Part shown: one piece after another, positions 29,609 through 38,224 of the stretch
How the letters are laid out: each line of letters starts with the position of its first letter
Position numbering within the stretch: position 1 is the stretch's first letter
Program-made: the position numbers and the translations under genes
IMG/VR virus record: IMGVR_UViG_3300011008_000010
Coordinates: 1-64,000 of that record
Direction: 5' to 3' (one strand)
Length of the DNA stretch: 64,000 nt
DNA from: a virus
Lineage: Duplodnaviria > Caudoviricetes
Notes under the pieces: generated by a model
The model's input: only the letters and a program-made list of their open reading frames with translations
The model's database searches: none
What the model was told of the DNA's origin: nothing

Positions 29609-30925
29609 TTAGTTAGCAGTTTCAAAATTCAACGTGACTTTGGCATCCCACGCGTCACCACATAATCCATAAACTTCGTTCACGTCGTAACCATACGTTT
29701 TTTCTCCGTCCATCGAAACGTCAAACAAGATGTTTAGGGGAATTTCAACGTCCTTTTCACATTCTATATTCAGAAGCGATCCCGCTCCGTTCCAGGGACC
29801 GTAAAGACCGCACATAACAGACTTGTCAATCGTAATTGATTCTTTGGTTTCGATTTTTAAATCCTCTTCCGTGCTTACCGCATAACTTCGATTATCTCTA
29901 CGTTTATCGCGTTCCCCGTTTACTCTGCGCTTTAACTCAAAGAAATCATATAAAGGCATGGTTACAAGGAATGTCATGGTTCCCATATGGGATGATAGAT
30001 TTTCCCATTCCTGAATTGCAGACTTGACAAATTTATTTTTGACTTCTAAATCGCGATTTTTAATTTCGTCTTGTAATTTATTGTCAAGATCACGATCTAT
30101 CGCTTCAATTTCCGTTTCAATTTGCTTTTTCAAAACGACAAGTTTATCCGCCATGTTAGCAACATTCTCATATAAATTTCCGTCTAATAGATCTTTAATT
30201 ATGCGTTTCGGATCCTCATATGCTTTTTCTAATTCCTCTCTCTTTTTGATTTTTAGATCACAATACTGGTCTTGTAATTTTCCAATTACCCCATAATCCC
30301 GAACTGCTTTTCTTAACTCGTCCTCAAGGCCTTGTTGCTTCGCAAGCCATAAAAGAGAAGATCGCGAATTGATTTCCAGTTCGTTTTCGTTTCTTTCTCC
30401 GTCGGCATCAAAACATATGTCGTTATAATATCCACAATAATTTAAGATGGAATCACAAACACAATCGTAATTCCAATTCCCGGAATCAATCATAATATTG
30501 ACTTTCACATCCCGATTCAAAAACGATTCGGGATATTTCCAATAGCAGTTATCCCAAATCCACTGACGGATTTCGTTTGTAAATTCGTTAGTGGATTCTT
30601 CCCATTCATCGCCTAGACTTGTAAGATACTTTTCGATTTCATCCTGCAAACCGTCCTGCTCATAATCGACGTCGTTATGTTCCCATATCTCTTCCTCAAA
30701 TGCCTGACAGTAATCGGGAAGCTGTCCCTTTTGCCGATATTTTTCTGCATTTTTAATTGCTTTTTTGATCGTATAATCCGAAATCTCATCCCGGTAATCC
30801 ACGTAGATTTCAAACTCATAATCGCCGTTTCCCGTTTTATTTCTGCCGTACTCATCCTGCATGAACTTTTCGATTTCCTCATACAGCATGTCTTTCGTGA
30901 TCGTTCTCTCCATTGTCGCTTCCAT
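29609..30925 (-). CDS. large early hypothetical protein
   Basis: 438 aa, AAGGAGG RBS, central coiled-coil-like insert. Confidence 0.85.
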   Translation of the reverse strand: MEATMERTITKDMLYEEIEKFMQDEYGRNKTGNGDYEFEIYVDYRDEISDYTIKKAIKNAEKYRQKGQLPDYCQAFEEEIWEHNDVDYEQDGLQDEIEKYLTSLGDEWEESTNEFTNEIRQWIWDNCYWKYPESFLNRDVKVNIMIDSGNWNYDCVCDSILNYCGYYNDICFDADGERNENELEINSRSSLLWLAKQQGLEDELRKAVRDYGVIGKLQDQYCDLKIKKREELEKAYEDPKRIIKDLLDGNLYENVANMADKLVVLKKQIETEIEAIDRDLDNKLQDEIKNRDLEVKNKFVKSAIQEWENLSSHMGTMTFLVTMPLYDFFELKRRVNGERDKRRDNRSYAVSTEEDLKIETKESITIDKSVMCGLYGPWNGAGSLLNIECEKDVEIPLNILFDVSMDGEKTYGYDVNEVYGLCGDAWDAKVTLNFETAN

Positions 30926-30974
30926 AATGATTCCTCCTTTGTAATTTATATATCTTGTGTAAAATACAATCTGC

Positions 30975-31298
30975 TCATGAAATGAGCTCGAGTCTGCCTA
31001 AAGGGAAACCACTTTCTGTTTCTGAAAATTCAATCATAGCATCGTCTCCCGAAATCTCGATTGTATTTTCGTTTGCCTCTTTGGAAAGCCAAGGTCTCAG
31101 ATCATAATTGCTATAATACCTGTACGCAGGAAACTTCTTCTTTTCGGTTTTCAATTTCTTAATCAGTTTCGCGTCTGACATTGCACAAATATCCCGAAAC
31201 TGATAGATAATTCCAGTTCTGGAAACGTTATTGACCTCAAAACCCTCGTCAGGGTTTCCCCATACGTCCGAATACTCTACAAGTTCAAATTTCTGCAT
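30975..31298 (-). CDS. early hypothetical protein
   Basis: DVWGN..GFEVN motif. Confidence 0.75.
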   Translation of the reverse strand: MQKFELVEYSDVWGNPDEGFEVNNVSRTGIIYQFRDICAMSDAKLIKKLKTEKKKFPAYRYYSNYDLRPWLSKEANENTIEISGDDAMIEFSETESGFPLGRLELIS

Positions 31299-31311
31299 GG
31301 TGTTTTCTCCT

Positions 31312-31473
31312 TTCAGATTTCAGATTCTACTGCCTCTTTTAAGGCAAGGCAGGCTTTTATCATCGGCAGATATTCAGTCGGAATCTCATACTTGATCCCG
31401 ATTTCGTGATAATCCTTTGCCCGATATCCGAGCAGATACCACCCGTCAATGCACTTGTCAAAGGCGTTTTTCA
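31312..31473 (-). CDS. 53-aa early protein (below ORF cutoff)
   Basis: GAAAGGAG RBS; MKNAFDKCIDGWYLLG... Confidence 0.6.
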
Positions 31474-31507
31474 TTTTTGGTTCTCCTTTCTGATTTGAGT
31501 TTTGTTT

Positions 31508-31846
31508 TCAGTTTCTAATCTCAAAAGCGGAATACTTAACTTTCACAGGTATGTCATCCAATACATTTTCCGTTTTGTTGTCATACATCAAGACAGAAAC
31601 CACTTCGCCCACATTCAAATCCTCTGGCGGATTCTGGATTGTATATTCGATTCCAGTTGAGGTTTCCGCTTTGAAATTTGTTTCTGAAGTTTCGGTAATC
31701 CTCAATGTTACAGGATAGTAACGGTCCAAAGAAAATACGGCTTTCAGGTTGAAAACTGTTATTCCAATTAACAGGATTCCTGTAAGAAAAACCATTATCG
31801 TTGCTTTTAGGTCGTGTGTGTTGTGTGTCTGGATTTTCTGGTTCAT
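31508..31846 (-). CDS. membrane-anchored early protein
   Basis: N-terminal TM; MYDNKTENVLDD. Confidence 0.75.
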   Translation of the reverse strand: MNQKIQTHNTHDLKATIMVFLTGILLIGITVFNLKAVFSLDRYYPVTLRITETSETNFKAETSTGIEYTIQNPPEDLNVGEVVSVLMYDNKTENVLDDIPVKVKYSAFEIRN

Positions 31847-31893
31847 AATTATATATCCCCCTTTTGATTTTGATAGGGTTTTTAGGTTCTGAT

Positions 31894-32157
31894 TTAGTTT
31901 TCAAATTCCAGTTTCAGAAACTCCGCCTTATTCAGACCGCAAAATTCCTTAATGTGCCTGCCGGTAGTTGTGGAATAACCCACTTTTTCTGCCCATTCAG
32001 ACGGAATGCGAAACATATTTCCGTTTTCATACTTCGTCATAATGGGCGTACCGTAGGAAACAAGAACCTGCCTGGATTTCTCCGGCTGAAAGACAATATA
32101 AGCCTTTCCATAGAAACTTTTCTGATTTGAGGGTTTCAATTCGATTTTGGGTTCCAT
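31894..32157 (-). CDS. early hypothetical protein
   Basis: QKSFYGKA...SYGT...STTTGRHIKEF. Confidence 0.75.
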   Translation of the reverse strand: MEPKIELKPSNQKSFYGKAYIVFQPEKSRQVLVSYGTPIMTKYENGNMFRIPSEWAEKVGYSTTTGRHIKEFCGLNKAEFLKLEFEN

Positions 32158-32179
32158 TTTTAGATTCTCCTTTCTAAAA

Positions 32180-32392
32180 TCAGACTGCCATTCTCGTTTT
32201 TGCGTCACGAACCTCATAAGGGAATTTCGGATTACAACCGTTCATACGATCACAAATTTCCCTTGCTTCTGTCAAATCGGAATACACCGCAGGCTTATAA
32301 CAAGGACGTTCAATCCCGTCAACTACGGTAGCCGTAAAGACATACGGCTCCTTATTGTGGTGCGGATTGGTGCTAAAGATTGCGTAACGCAT
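32180..32392 (-). CDS. early hypothetical protein
   Basis: GAAAGGAG RBS. Confidence 0.7.
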   Translation of the reverse strand: MRYAIFSTNPHHNKEPYVFTATVVDGIERPCYKPAVYSDLTEAREICDRMNGCNPKFPYEVRDAKTRMAV

Positions 32393-32443
32393 TTTGGATT
32401 CTCCTTTCTAAAATGTGTTGTGGTTTTTGGTTCCAAATTCGGT

Positions 32444-32581
32444 TTACAGTTTCTCACACCAGATATAGCCATTACTTTCAATCATGGCTTCATAGGTTTC
32501 TCTGTCTTCTTCGTAGGTGGAAAACGGGTTTAACCAGGATTCATCAAAATCCAGATCATAGTTTCTGTTTGCGGATTCCAT
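32444..32581 (-). CDS. small acidic early protein
   Basis: GAAAGGAG RBS before MESANRNY. Confidence 0.55.
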   Translation of the reverse strand: MESANRNYDLDFDESWLNPFSTYEEDRETYEAMIESNGYIWCEKL

Positions 32582-32600
32582 TTTATATATCTCCTTTCCG

Positions 32601-32897
32601 TTATGAAATAGCCGTGCAGAACCAGTCAATTCGTTCGGCTTGTAATTTGCAGTCAACATCTCTCGTTGCTCTTACATAAAGGCTATACAGCAACTCTTTC
32701 GCATACTCAAACTGGCTTTCAGAAATCGTTCTTATAATCCGTTTTTCATCACCGTTTCTGAGTTTCTTATTGAATTTCGCTTTGAAAAACCCGTCCTTGT
32801 GGTAAATGCATAACGCTCTGTCATCCCACGAACCGTTTTCTAAAGCGGAATTTCTCCAGTCAAAAGCGTCTATTCTCGGATACATTCTGGTTTTCAT
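32601..32897 (-). CDS. early hypothetical protein
   Basis: AAGGAG RBS. Confidence 0.7.
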   Translation of the reverse strand: MKTRMYPRIDAFDWRNSALENGSWDDRALCIYHKDGFFKAKFNKKLRNGDEKRIIRTISESQFEYAKELLYSLYVRATRDVDCKLQAERIDWFCTAIS

Positions 32898-33063
32898 ATA
32901 AAGGTCTCCTTTTTATAAATCCGAATATGGATTGCATTTTATATATCGCTTTCCAGTTTCACAATCCATATTCGGATTTGGTTTTGGTTCTGATTTTGAA
33001 ATCCGGAATGATAATTCAAATCTGAAATCCGATCTGGACTTGTAATCCGGATTCAGATTCGGT

Positions 33064-34047
33064 TTAAACAAATGCAAACCCGATTTCGTTTTCAGACTTG
33101 GACTTAGAAACCGTTTTGGAAACCTTGCGTGTGCCACGATTTCGAACCTTCTTTGTCTTAGGCTCTTCAAGCAGGACTGCGGTTTCAGAAACCTTTTCCA
33201 AAATCTCTTCGGTCGGCAGATTCTTTAAAGGCTGTTTTTCTTTCGGGCTTTCCGTTGCCGGCTCCTTTTTCTTTTTCGGAACCTCAATCGGATTTACAGC
33301 AATCACATTCTTTTCCTGAAGAATGCTTCTAAAGTTCGCCATAACCGCATCGTAGAATTTGGCTTCCGTATAGGGAATTGCATCTTGATCCATACGGTAT
33401 GCAGCTCTTAAACCCAGAACCTGTTTTCCGATTCCCTTTACCAGTTCCTCCGCCATAAACCGCAGTCCCTTTGTGCCAAATGGAACCCGAATTCCAATTT
33501 TAAGGAAGGTTTCCACTTCTTTTAAATATTTTTCTTTTTCCTCAGAGCCGGAACCAACCGCCATATAAGCCAGATACGATTCAAAAAACGAATTTCCAAA
33601 CAGCGGTTCGTAGATCTTATGCAAGTCTTCCTTGCGTTTCTTTGCGAGTTCACGATACTTATTTCTAATTTTATCCTCTCTCAAGTTGTACTCGACCTGA
33701 TTGTCTTTGTCAAGACAAATCCAGGTTTTGTCAATGAGATTTCCTTTAAAGGCATCTTCGCCCTGAAGCAGAGCCAGATCGTTCTTTCTGTTTTCCTGAT
33801 CTTTAGCCATTTGGTCTCTTAAATTCTTCCAGTCGGATACCTTTTTAAGTACGTCCTTGTGCTTGTCGTCCTTTAAGATACCGAAGTTGACCTTGTTGCT
33901 GGTTATCGATGCCTGTACCTTTTTAACGTTGGTTGCTGTCGTCTTTGTAGTGGCGGTTGCTTTCTTCATGGTTTTGGTCTCCTTTGCTTTGTTGTTAGCG
34001 GTGGTCGTCTTTGTTGCCTTTGTTGCCGTTGTCGTTGTTTTAGCCAT
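33064..34047 (-). CDS. early protein with Lys/Thr/Ala-rich N-terminus and Lys-rich C-terminus
   Basis: 327 aa, strong RBS. Confidence 0.85.
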   Translation of the reverse strand: MAKTTTTATKATKTTTANNKAKETKTMKKATATTKTTATNVKKVQASITSNKVNFGILKDDKHKDVLKKVSDWKNLRDQMAKDQENRKNDLALLQGEDAFKGNLIDKTWICLDKDNQVEYNLREDKIRNKYRELAKKRKEDLHKIYEPLFGNSFFESYLAYMAVGSGSEEKEKYLKEVETFLKIGIRVPFGTKGLRFMAEELVKGIGKQVLGLRAAYRMDQDAIPYTEAKFYDAVMANFRSILQEKNVIAVNPIEVPKKKKEPATESPKEKQPLKNLPTEEILEKVSETAVLLEEPKTKKVRNRGTRKVSKTVSKSKSENEIGFAFV

Positions 34048-34096
34048 GATGTTGTCTCCTTTCGTTGAGTAAGAGTGGGTGGTGTGTGTGGTATCT

Positions 34097-34336
34097 TTAA
34101 GCCGCCATCAGTTCGCTTGCCTTAGCAAACACATCGGCGACTAAGCAAACCTCGGCAATGCCGTTAAAGCTGTCGGCACAGTACGCTGTCTTATAAGGCA
34201 TGTAAACCTTTGTGGCGTCTGTGGTCTGGTCGATCAGGATGTCCTGAAGAGTGTAAGTACGGTATCTTGCGATAACCTCTTTAAGCGTGTCGGACAGTGC
34301 CTGTCGTCCAATGGTGTAAAGTACTGAGTAATTCAT
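34097..34336 (-). CDS. early hypothetical protein
   Basis: GAAAGGAG RBS. Confidence 0.75.
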   Translation of the reverse strand: MNYSVLYTIGRQALSDTLKEVIARYRTYTLQDILIDQTTDATKVYMPYKTAYCADSFNGIAEVCLVADVFAKASELMAA

Positions 34337-34385
34337 GGTGTGCTCCTTTCGTTGTAAGTGTAATGTGTGTGGTTGACAGTTGCTT

Positions 34386-35279
34386 TAAAGGACGCTGTAG
34401 GTCATAAAGGACGTTGTAGGTTATGCACTACTTCATGGTCGAACCAACGTCCTTGTAAGGGAGGAAGATTAAGCACATGGTTTACAAGCGATCTCAACCG
34501 ACCCGCCATTATCCTTTAATAACGAACCGACCGAGCAGACCTTGTAAGGAAATGGCTGTATAGCTTTGAAACCATACAGCCAGAGTTACTATATTCAGTT
34601 GTACTTTATTCAGTTTTTACAATATTTAGTTTTTTCTTAAAGCCAACAAGTCTCTCGTTTTAGCTTTCACGATAATGGACATGTCAACGCTTGACTTGTA
34701 AGTAGCGTAAGGGAATCCACCTTACATTACCGTGGGGGATTGCTCGCAGAATGTTTTTAAGCGCCCTGTCGCCATTTTATCTGCGGCGATTCACACGAGT
34801 TTCGATTCAGGCCAACCCATAAGGTAATTTGTTTAAGAGTTGATGAAACTCTCTTATGGATTACTTTAAGTGTGTTTCCCCGGATTAAAGGAATTAGACC
34901 TTAGCTGAAAGATAAGATACAAACGAGACGCGATTATATAATAACCGGTACTACCCTTTAATCGTGGTCAATCAGACATTAAACACACTGATCTCTCCCT
35001 TTCAATTCTTTCCCCTTAAAAAGCGCATAGTATTTTAGAGGTTTGCTTAAAGATCGCTGAAAACTCAACTTTTCGCGGTCTAATGTAGCACGGGACAGTT
35101 TAAACAGAAATAAACTGTTTTTGTCCAAAGTGTCGGACTTTATAAAAAGATCCTCTAAAATCTAACCTTCTCCCACTTAATAAAGGACGGGCCTTTTACA
35201 CCCTGGTCTTTATAACGATAAAGTCTACGAACGACTTATATCTGATTGTAAAGTAAAGTACACTACGAACGTGCCTTTA
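34386..35279 (-). ncRNA. candidate large structured non-coding RNA
   Basis: No ORF >=60 aa over ~1 kb in a gene-dense phage; many nested 7-10 bp helices (see findings). Confidence 0.55.
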
Positions 35280-35356
35280 TTGCATATCACGGAATTGAAC
35301 CGCAATTAAAAGAGGCTCTCTTATGAGAGCCCCTTTTAAGCAACCTTGCTATGCAA
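35280..35356 (-). ncRNA. tRNA-like element (acceptor stem plus T arm, long hairpin in place of the anticodon arm); hairpin could also act as a terminator
   Basis: TTGCATA/TATGCAA stem, TTGCGG-TTCAATT-CCGTGA T arm, 15-bp hairpin TTAAAAGGGGCTCTC/GAGAGCCTCTTTTAA. Confidence 0.6.
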
Positions 35357-35366
35357 ATCGACGAGA

Positions 35367-35792
35367 TTAGATATTGACAATGCCTTTATATTCTTTCGGC
35401 ATGGTCTTGTGGATAACGTTTCCGCTGTTCTCAAGAGCTTTAATGCCTTCAGGCTTGACGATCGCCCAGCAACCATGACCTTTAAACCAGTACGCCTTAT
35501 AGTTCTTCTTGAGAATCTCACCGACGGTCTTATCATAACCGCCGCCGTTTAAAGCCACAAGAATGATTTTCTCACCGGTTTTAGTATGCTTTGCATACCA
35601 GGCAGAAACGCTTTTTTTCGTCGTTTTCGGCGTTGCAATCGGCGTTTCCGCCATTTGCTGCTGCTTCAAAGCCGTTTCGGCTTTTTCGCGGTTTAAGGCT
35701 TCGATCATGGTATTAAAAGCCTTGAGTTCAGCAGGGGTTAAGTCCATGAAACGATCGACGAGTTGAGAGAGAGTGATTTCCTGTTTTTTCAT
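35367..35792 (-). CDS. first gene of the leftward early transcript, hypothetical
   Basis: 141 aa, GAAAGGAAGGT RBS. Confidence 0.8.
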   Translation of the reverse strand: MKKQEITLSQLVDRFMDLTPAELKAFNTMIEALNREKAETALKQQQMAETPIATPKTTKKSVSAWYAKHTKTGEKIILVALNGGGYDKTVGEILKKNYKAYWFKGHGCWAIVKPEGIKALENSGNVIHKTMPKEYKGIVNI

Positions 35793-35896
35793 AATGCCAC
35801 CTTCCTTTCGTTGAGTGTATGAGTGTTAGAAGACCGCGCATCCGTATCGCGCTTGCTTCTCCGTATCCGCGTCCGGCGTCGCCACCGACCACTCAT

Positions 35897-35925
35897 AGCA
35901 TGGCATCGATCACAAATCCTGTCAA
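35897..35925 (-). promoter_or_regulatory. sigmaA promoter of the early region
   Basis: TTGACA-17 nt-(TG)CATGCT. Confidence 0.65.
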
Positions 35926-36557
35926 ATTCGAAAGTTTGTTTGGGACGCAAAAATTGCCCGCAAAGCCGCACGGGTACTACAAAAAAATTTTTTTCGATTG
36001 TGACAAATAACAATTTATTTCAGTCGATCGGGGGAAAAATTTTCCATGCCGGGGGGGTACGGAAAGCCCATAAAATCAACATTTTTTTGTCGGAGGCCCA
36101 ATCACTCACCTTCATACACAGACCAAAAAATACCAATCCAGTCACTCCCAAAATAATATACAAAACAAATGTTCTTTCTCCAAAAAACCTCCTCTCCCAC
36201 ACTCACATCCATCTAATAACTCATATAAAAAAAACAGAAACTATGTTCGATAAAATATCTTCCTGGAACCTCTCTTTTTCAAAACCTCAAACTGCGAAAT
36301 ATGTTCAAAATTACTACGATTTTTTCCAACCCCTTTTAACTATCATAAAATATTCATCAGTGACACATTTTTTATCGTTTTATGATTATCTCACAACTGT
36401 ATTAATTCCATCTTAACAATCCCAATAATTATATCCCGGCACATCCTAACGCTAATCCTTCCCTCACATTTAAACCATATGTTCGATATTTATAAAATTA
36501 TAAAGTTCTAAAAATACTCTAAACACCATTCCACCCGATTTTTTAACAATTATCTGC

Positions 36558-36586
36558 TTGCATATCTCGCCATTCTGGAGTATTCT
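36558..36586 (+). promoter_or_regulatory. possible rightward sigmaA promoter
   Basis: TTGCAT-17 nt-TATTCT. Confidence 0.45.
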
Positions 36587-36934
36587 ATAAGCACATTAAT
36601 CCGCAGAGAGATAAATAAACTTCGGTTTGTCGAGAGCATATGAACAAATCATGAACAAAACCCCAGAAATCCATCAACAGGAACCTTTGAAAATCATTTA
36701 AAAACAAATCAAATTTAAATATTTTTATTTAAAACAGGATGTTTTTTGATAAAACGAAACAAAAACAATTCAAAACCAAAAACAATTAAAATAATTGTCA
36801 GACAACTAATTAATTTAACCAAATCTCGGCTAATGCACAATAAAAAAAATAACAGAAACGTGTCAAGGTAAAAATAGATAAACCAAACACCAGGCAACCA
36901 TCAACCATCATCAAGTTCAAAAAGGGGGAATCTC

Positions 36935-37357
36935 ATGGTATTAAGGGAACAGTTCATTTGCCACATCGACAAGATCAGAGACTACGACAATTTTCAACAA
37001 CAGATTGATTCTCTTACCGGATCTGTCCGGGGAATGAATTCAAATCAAAGCGGTATGGTCGAATTAGACATTTATCCTATAGTCGTAGAAATGCTTCGTA
37101 CACTGGATGATTGTTTAGATACGCCTTATGTTAATATCCTTGACTGGACAATGAGCAGAAAAGTCGATCCTGTTATGCAAAAATCCGGATATGCGGAATA
37201 TACCGTAAGGCTAATTGAAACCTGGGCCACCGAATTTGAATATGGGACTCAGGCAAAAGAAATTTATGATCTGGACGCAGGTGTCAAAATTTATCTGCAA
37301 ACAACTGATGATCTATACGAATATTTGTTCTTGAACCTGCTGCCTCATAAAACCTAA
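36935..37357 (+). CDS. hypothetical protein
   Basis: 140 aa, RBS; ends LQTTDDLYEYL. Confidence 0.75.
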   Translation: MVLREQFICHIDKIRDYDNFQQQIDSLTGSVRGMNSNQSGMVELDIYPIVVEMLRTLDDCLDTPYVNILDWTMSRKVDPVMQKSGYAEYTVRLIETWATEFEYGTQAKEIYDLDAGVKIYLQTTDDLYEYLFLNLLPHKT

Positions 37358-37369
37358 AGGAGATAAATA

Positions 37370-37606
37370 ATGGTTACGTTTATCATAGGATCTATCATAA
37401 TACTGTACGCGCTATGGGCAATTACATTTCTTGTATTATGGATTGCCAATTACAGACTGTTAAAAATCATTGCTACTTTGGAAGAGGCTATAGACTATAC
37501 TCTTTTGAAAACAGATCTCCCCGAAACAGACCCGGAAAAAGAAAAAGCAATCAAGACAAAGATGGAAATTATCAAAGAACGTATCAAAAAAGATTTTGAC
37601 GTATAA
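37370..37606 (+). CDS. small membrane protein
   Basis: N-terminal TM, AAGGAG RBS. Confidence 0.75.
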   Translation: MVTFIIGSIIILYALWAITFLVLWIANYRLLKIIATLEEAIDYTLLKTDLPETDPEKEKAIKTKMEIIKERIKKDFDV

Positions 37607-37624
37607 CAACCATAAGGAGAAAAT

Positions 37625-37852
37625 ATGATTAGATCTTGGGAATGTCGTGATACAAGACCATGTTGGTTCCGCAAAAAAGTATATGGAACATATCAATGTG
37701 CAATTCTGGAATCAACCTACGAAGGCAATACTTGTCCTTTTGCGAAACCAAATTTGAATAAGTTATCTTATTCTGTTTTAGAACTGAGAAGACAAAAGAA
37801 ACTTGAAGAAGAAAAGGACAGGAAGGAAAGGAGATTAAAAATCGATGTCTAA
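37625..37852 (+). CDS. Cys-rich hypothetical protein
   Basis: C.DTRPC...C.IL...CPF.K. Confidence 0.75.
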   Translation: MIRSWECRDTRPCWFRKKVYGTYQCAILESTYEGNTCPFAKPNLNKLSYSVLELRRQKKLEEEKDRKERRLKIDV

Positions 37853-38222
37853 AAAAAATAAATACGCAAAGAAGCAGCAAAACTACTTTGCAAAAAAGGG
37901 TATGTTGGAGACTCTGAAAAAAGAGCAATATAATCTTTTGAAACAAAAAACAGAAGATCAGGTTGTAATTGATGATATCTGGAAAACTCAGATTGTATCA
38001 GACAAATATATTTTATTGAATCCGGCATTTCCGATAGAAACAGCATATGCTTTACTTAATGTGCATAATAAAGTTAAAGCAGGTATGTTGATCAAAGGAA
38101 AACCGGAAGATTTTGAAGATAACCCGAATGAAGTATACAGAGTTGTCAAAGAACGCAAAATACTGGATATAAACAAGAAAGATGTTAATAAAGCAATTGA
38201 GAATGGAGTTGATTTTAAATAG
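37845..38222 (+). CDS. hypothetical protein
   Basis: 125 aa, RBS. Confidence 0.7.
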   Translation: MSKKNKYAKKQQNYFAKKGMLETLKKEQYNLLKQKTEDQVVIDDIWKTQIVSDKYILLNPAFPIETAYALLNVHNKVKAGMLIKGKPEDFEDNPNEVYRVVKERKILDINKKDVNKAIENGVDFK

Positions 38223-38224
38223 AC

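Noticed and set aside
34386-35279. Group I or II intron, tmRNA or RNase P identity for the ORF-free region
   Set aside because: No domain V, P7, tag-ORF/acceptor ends or GAGGAAAGUCC signature seen, and flanking genes are not split
35910-35980. c-di-GMP-I riboswitch-like words (CAAA TCC...GGGACGCAAA) on + strand
   Set aside because: Lacks GGCAAA and a proper P1, has no nearby downstream gene, and overlaps the minus-strand promoter
35789-36416. ORFs 35789-36013, 35823-36416 and 36020-36202
   Set aside because: No RBS, biased composition, overlap promoter and skewed non-coding DNA
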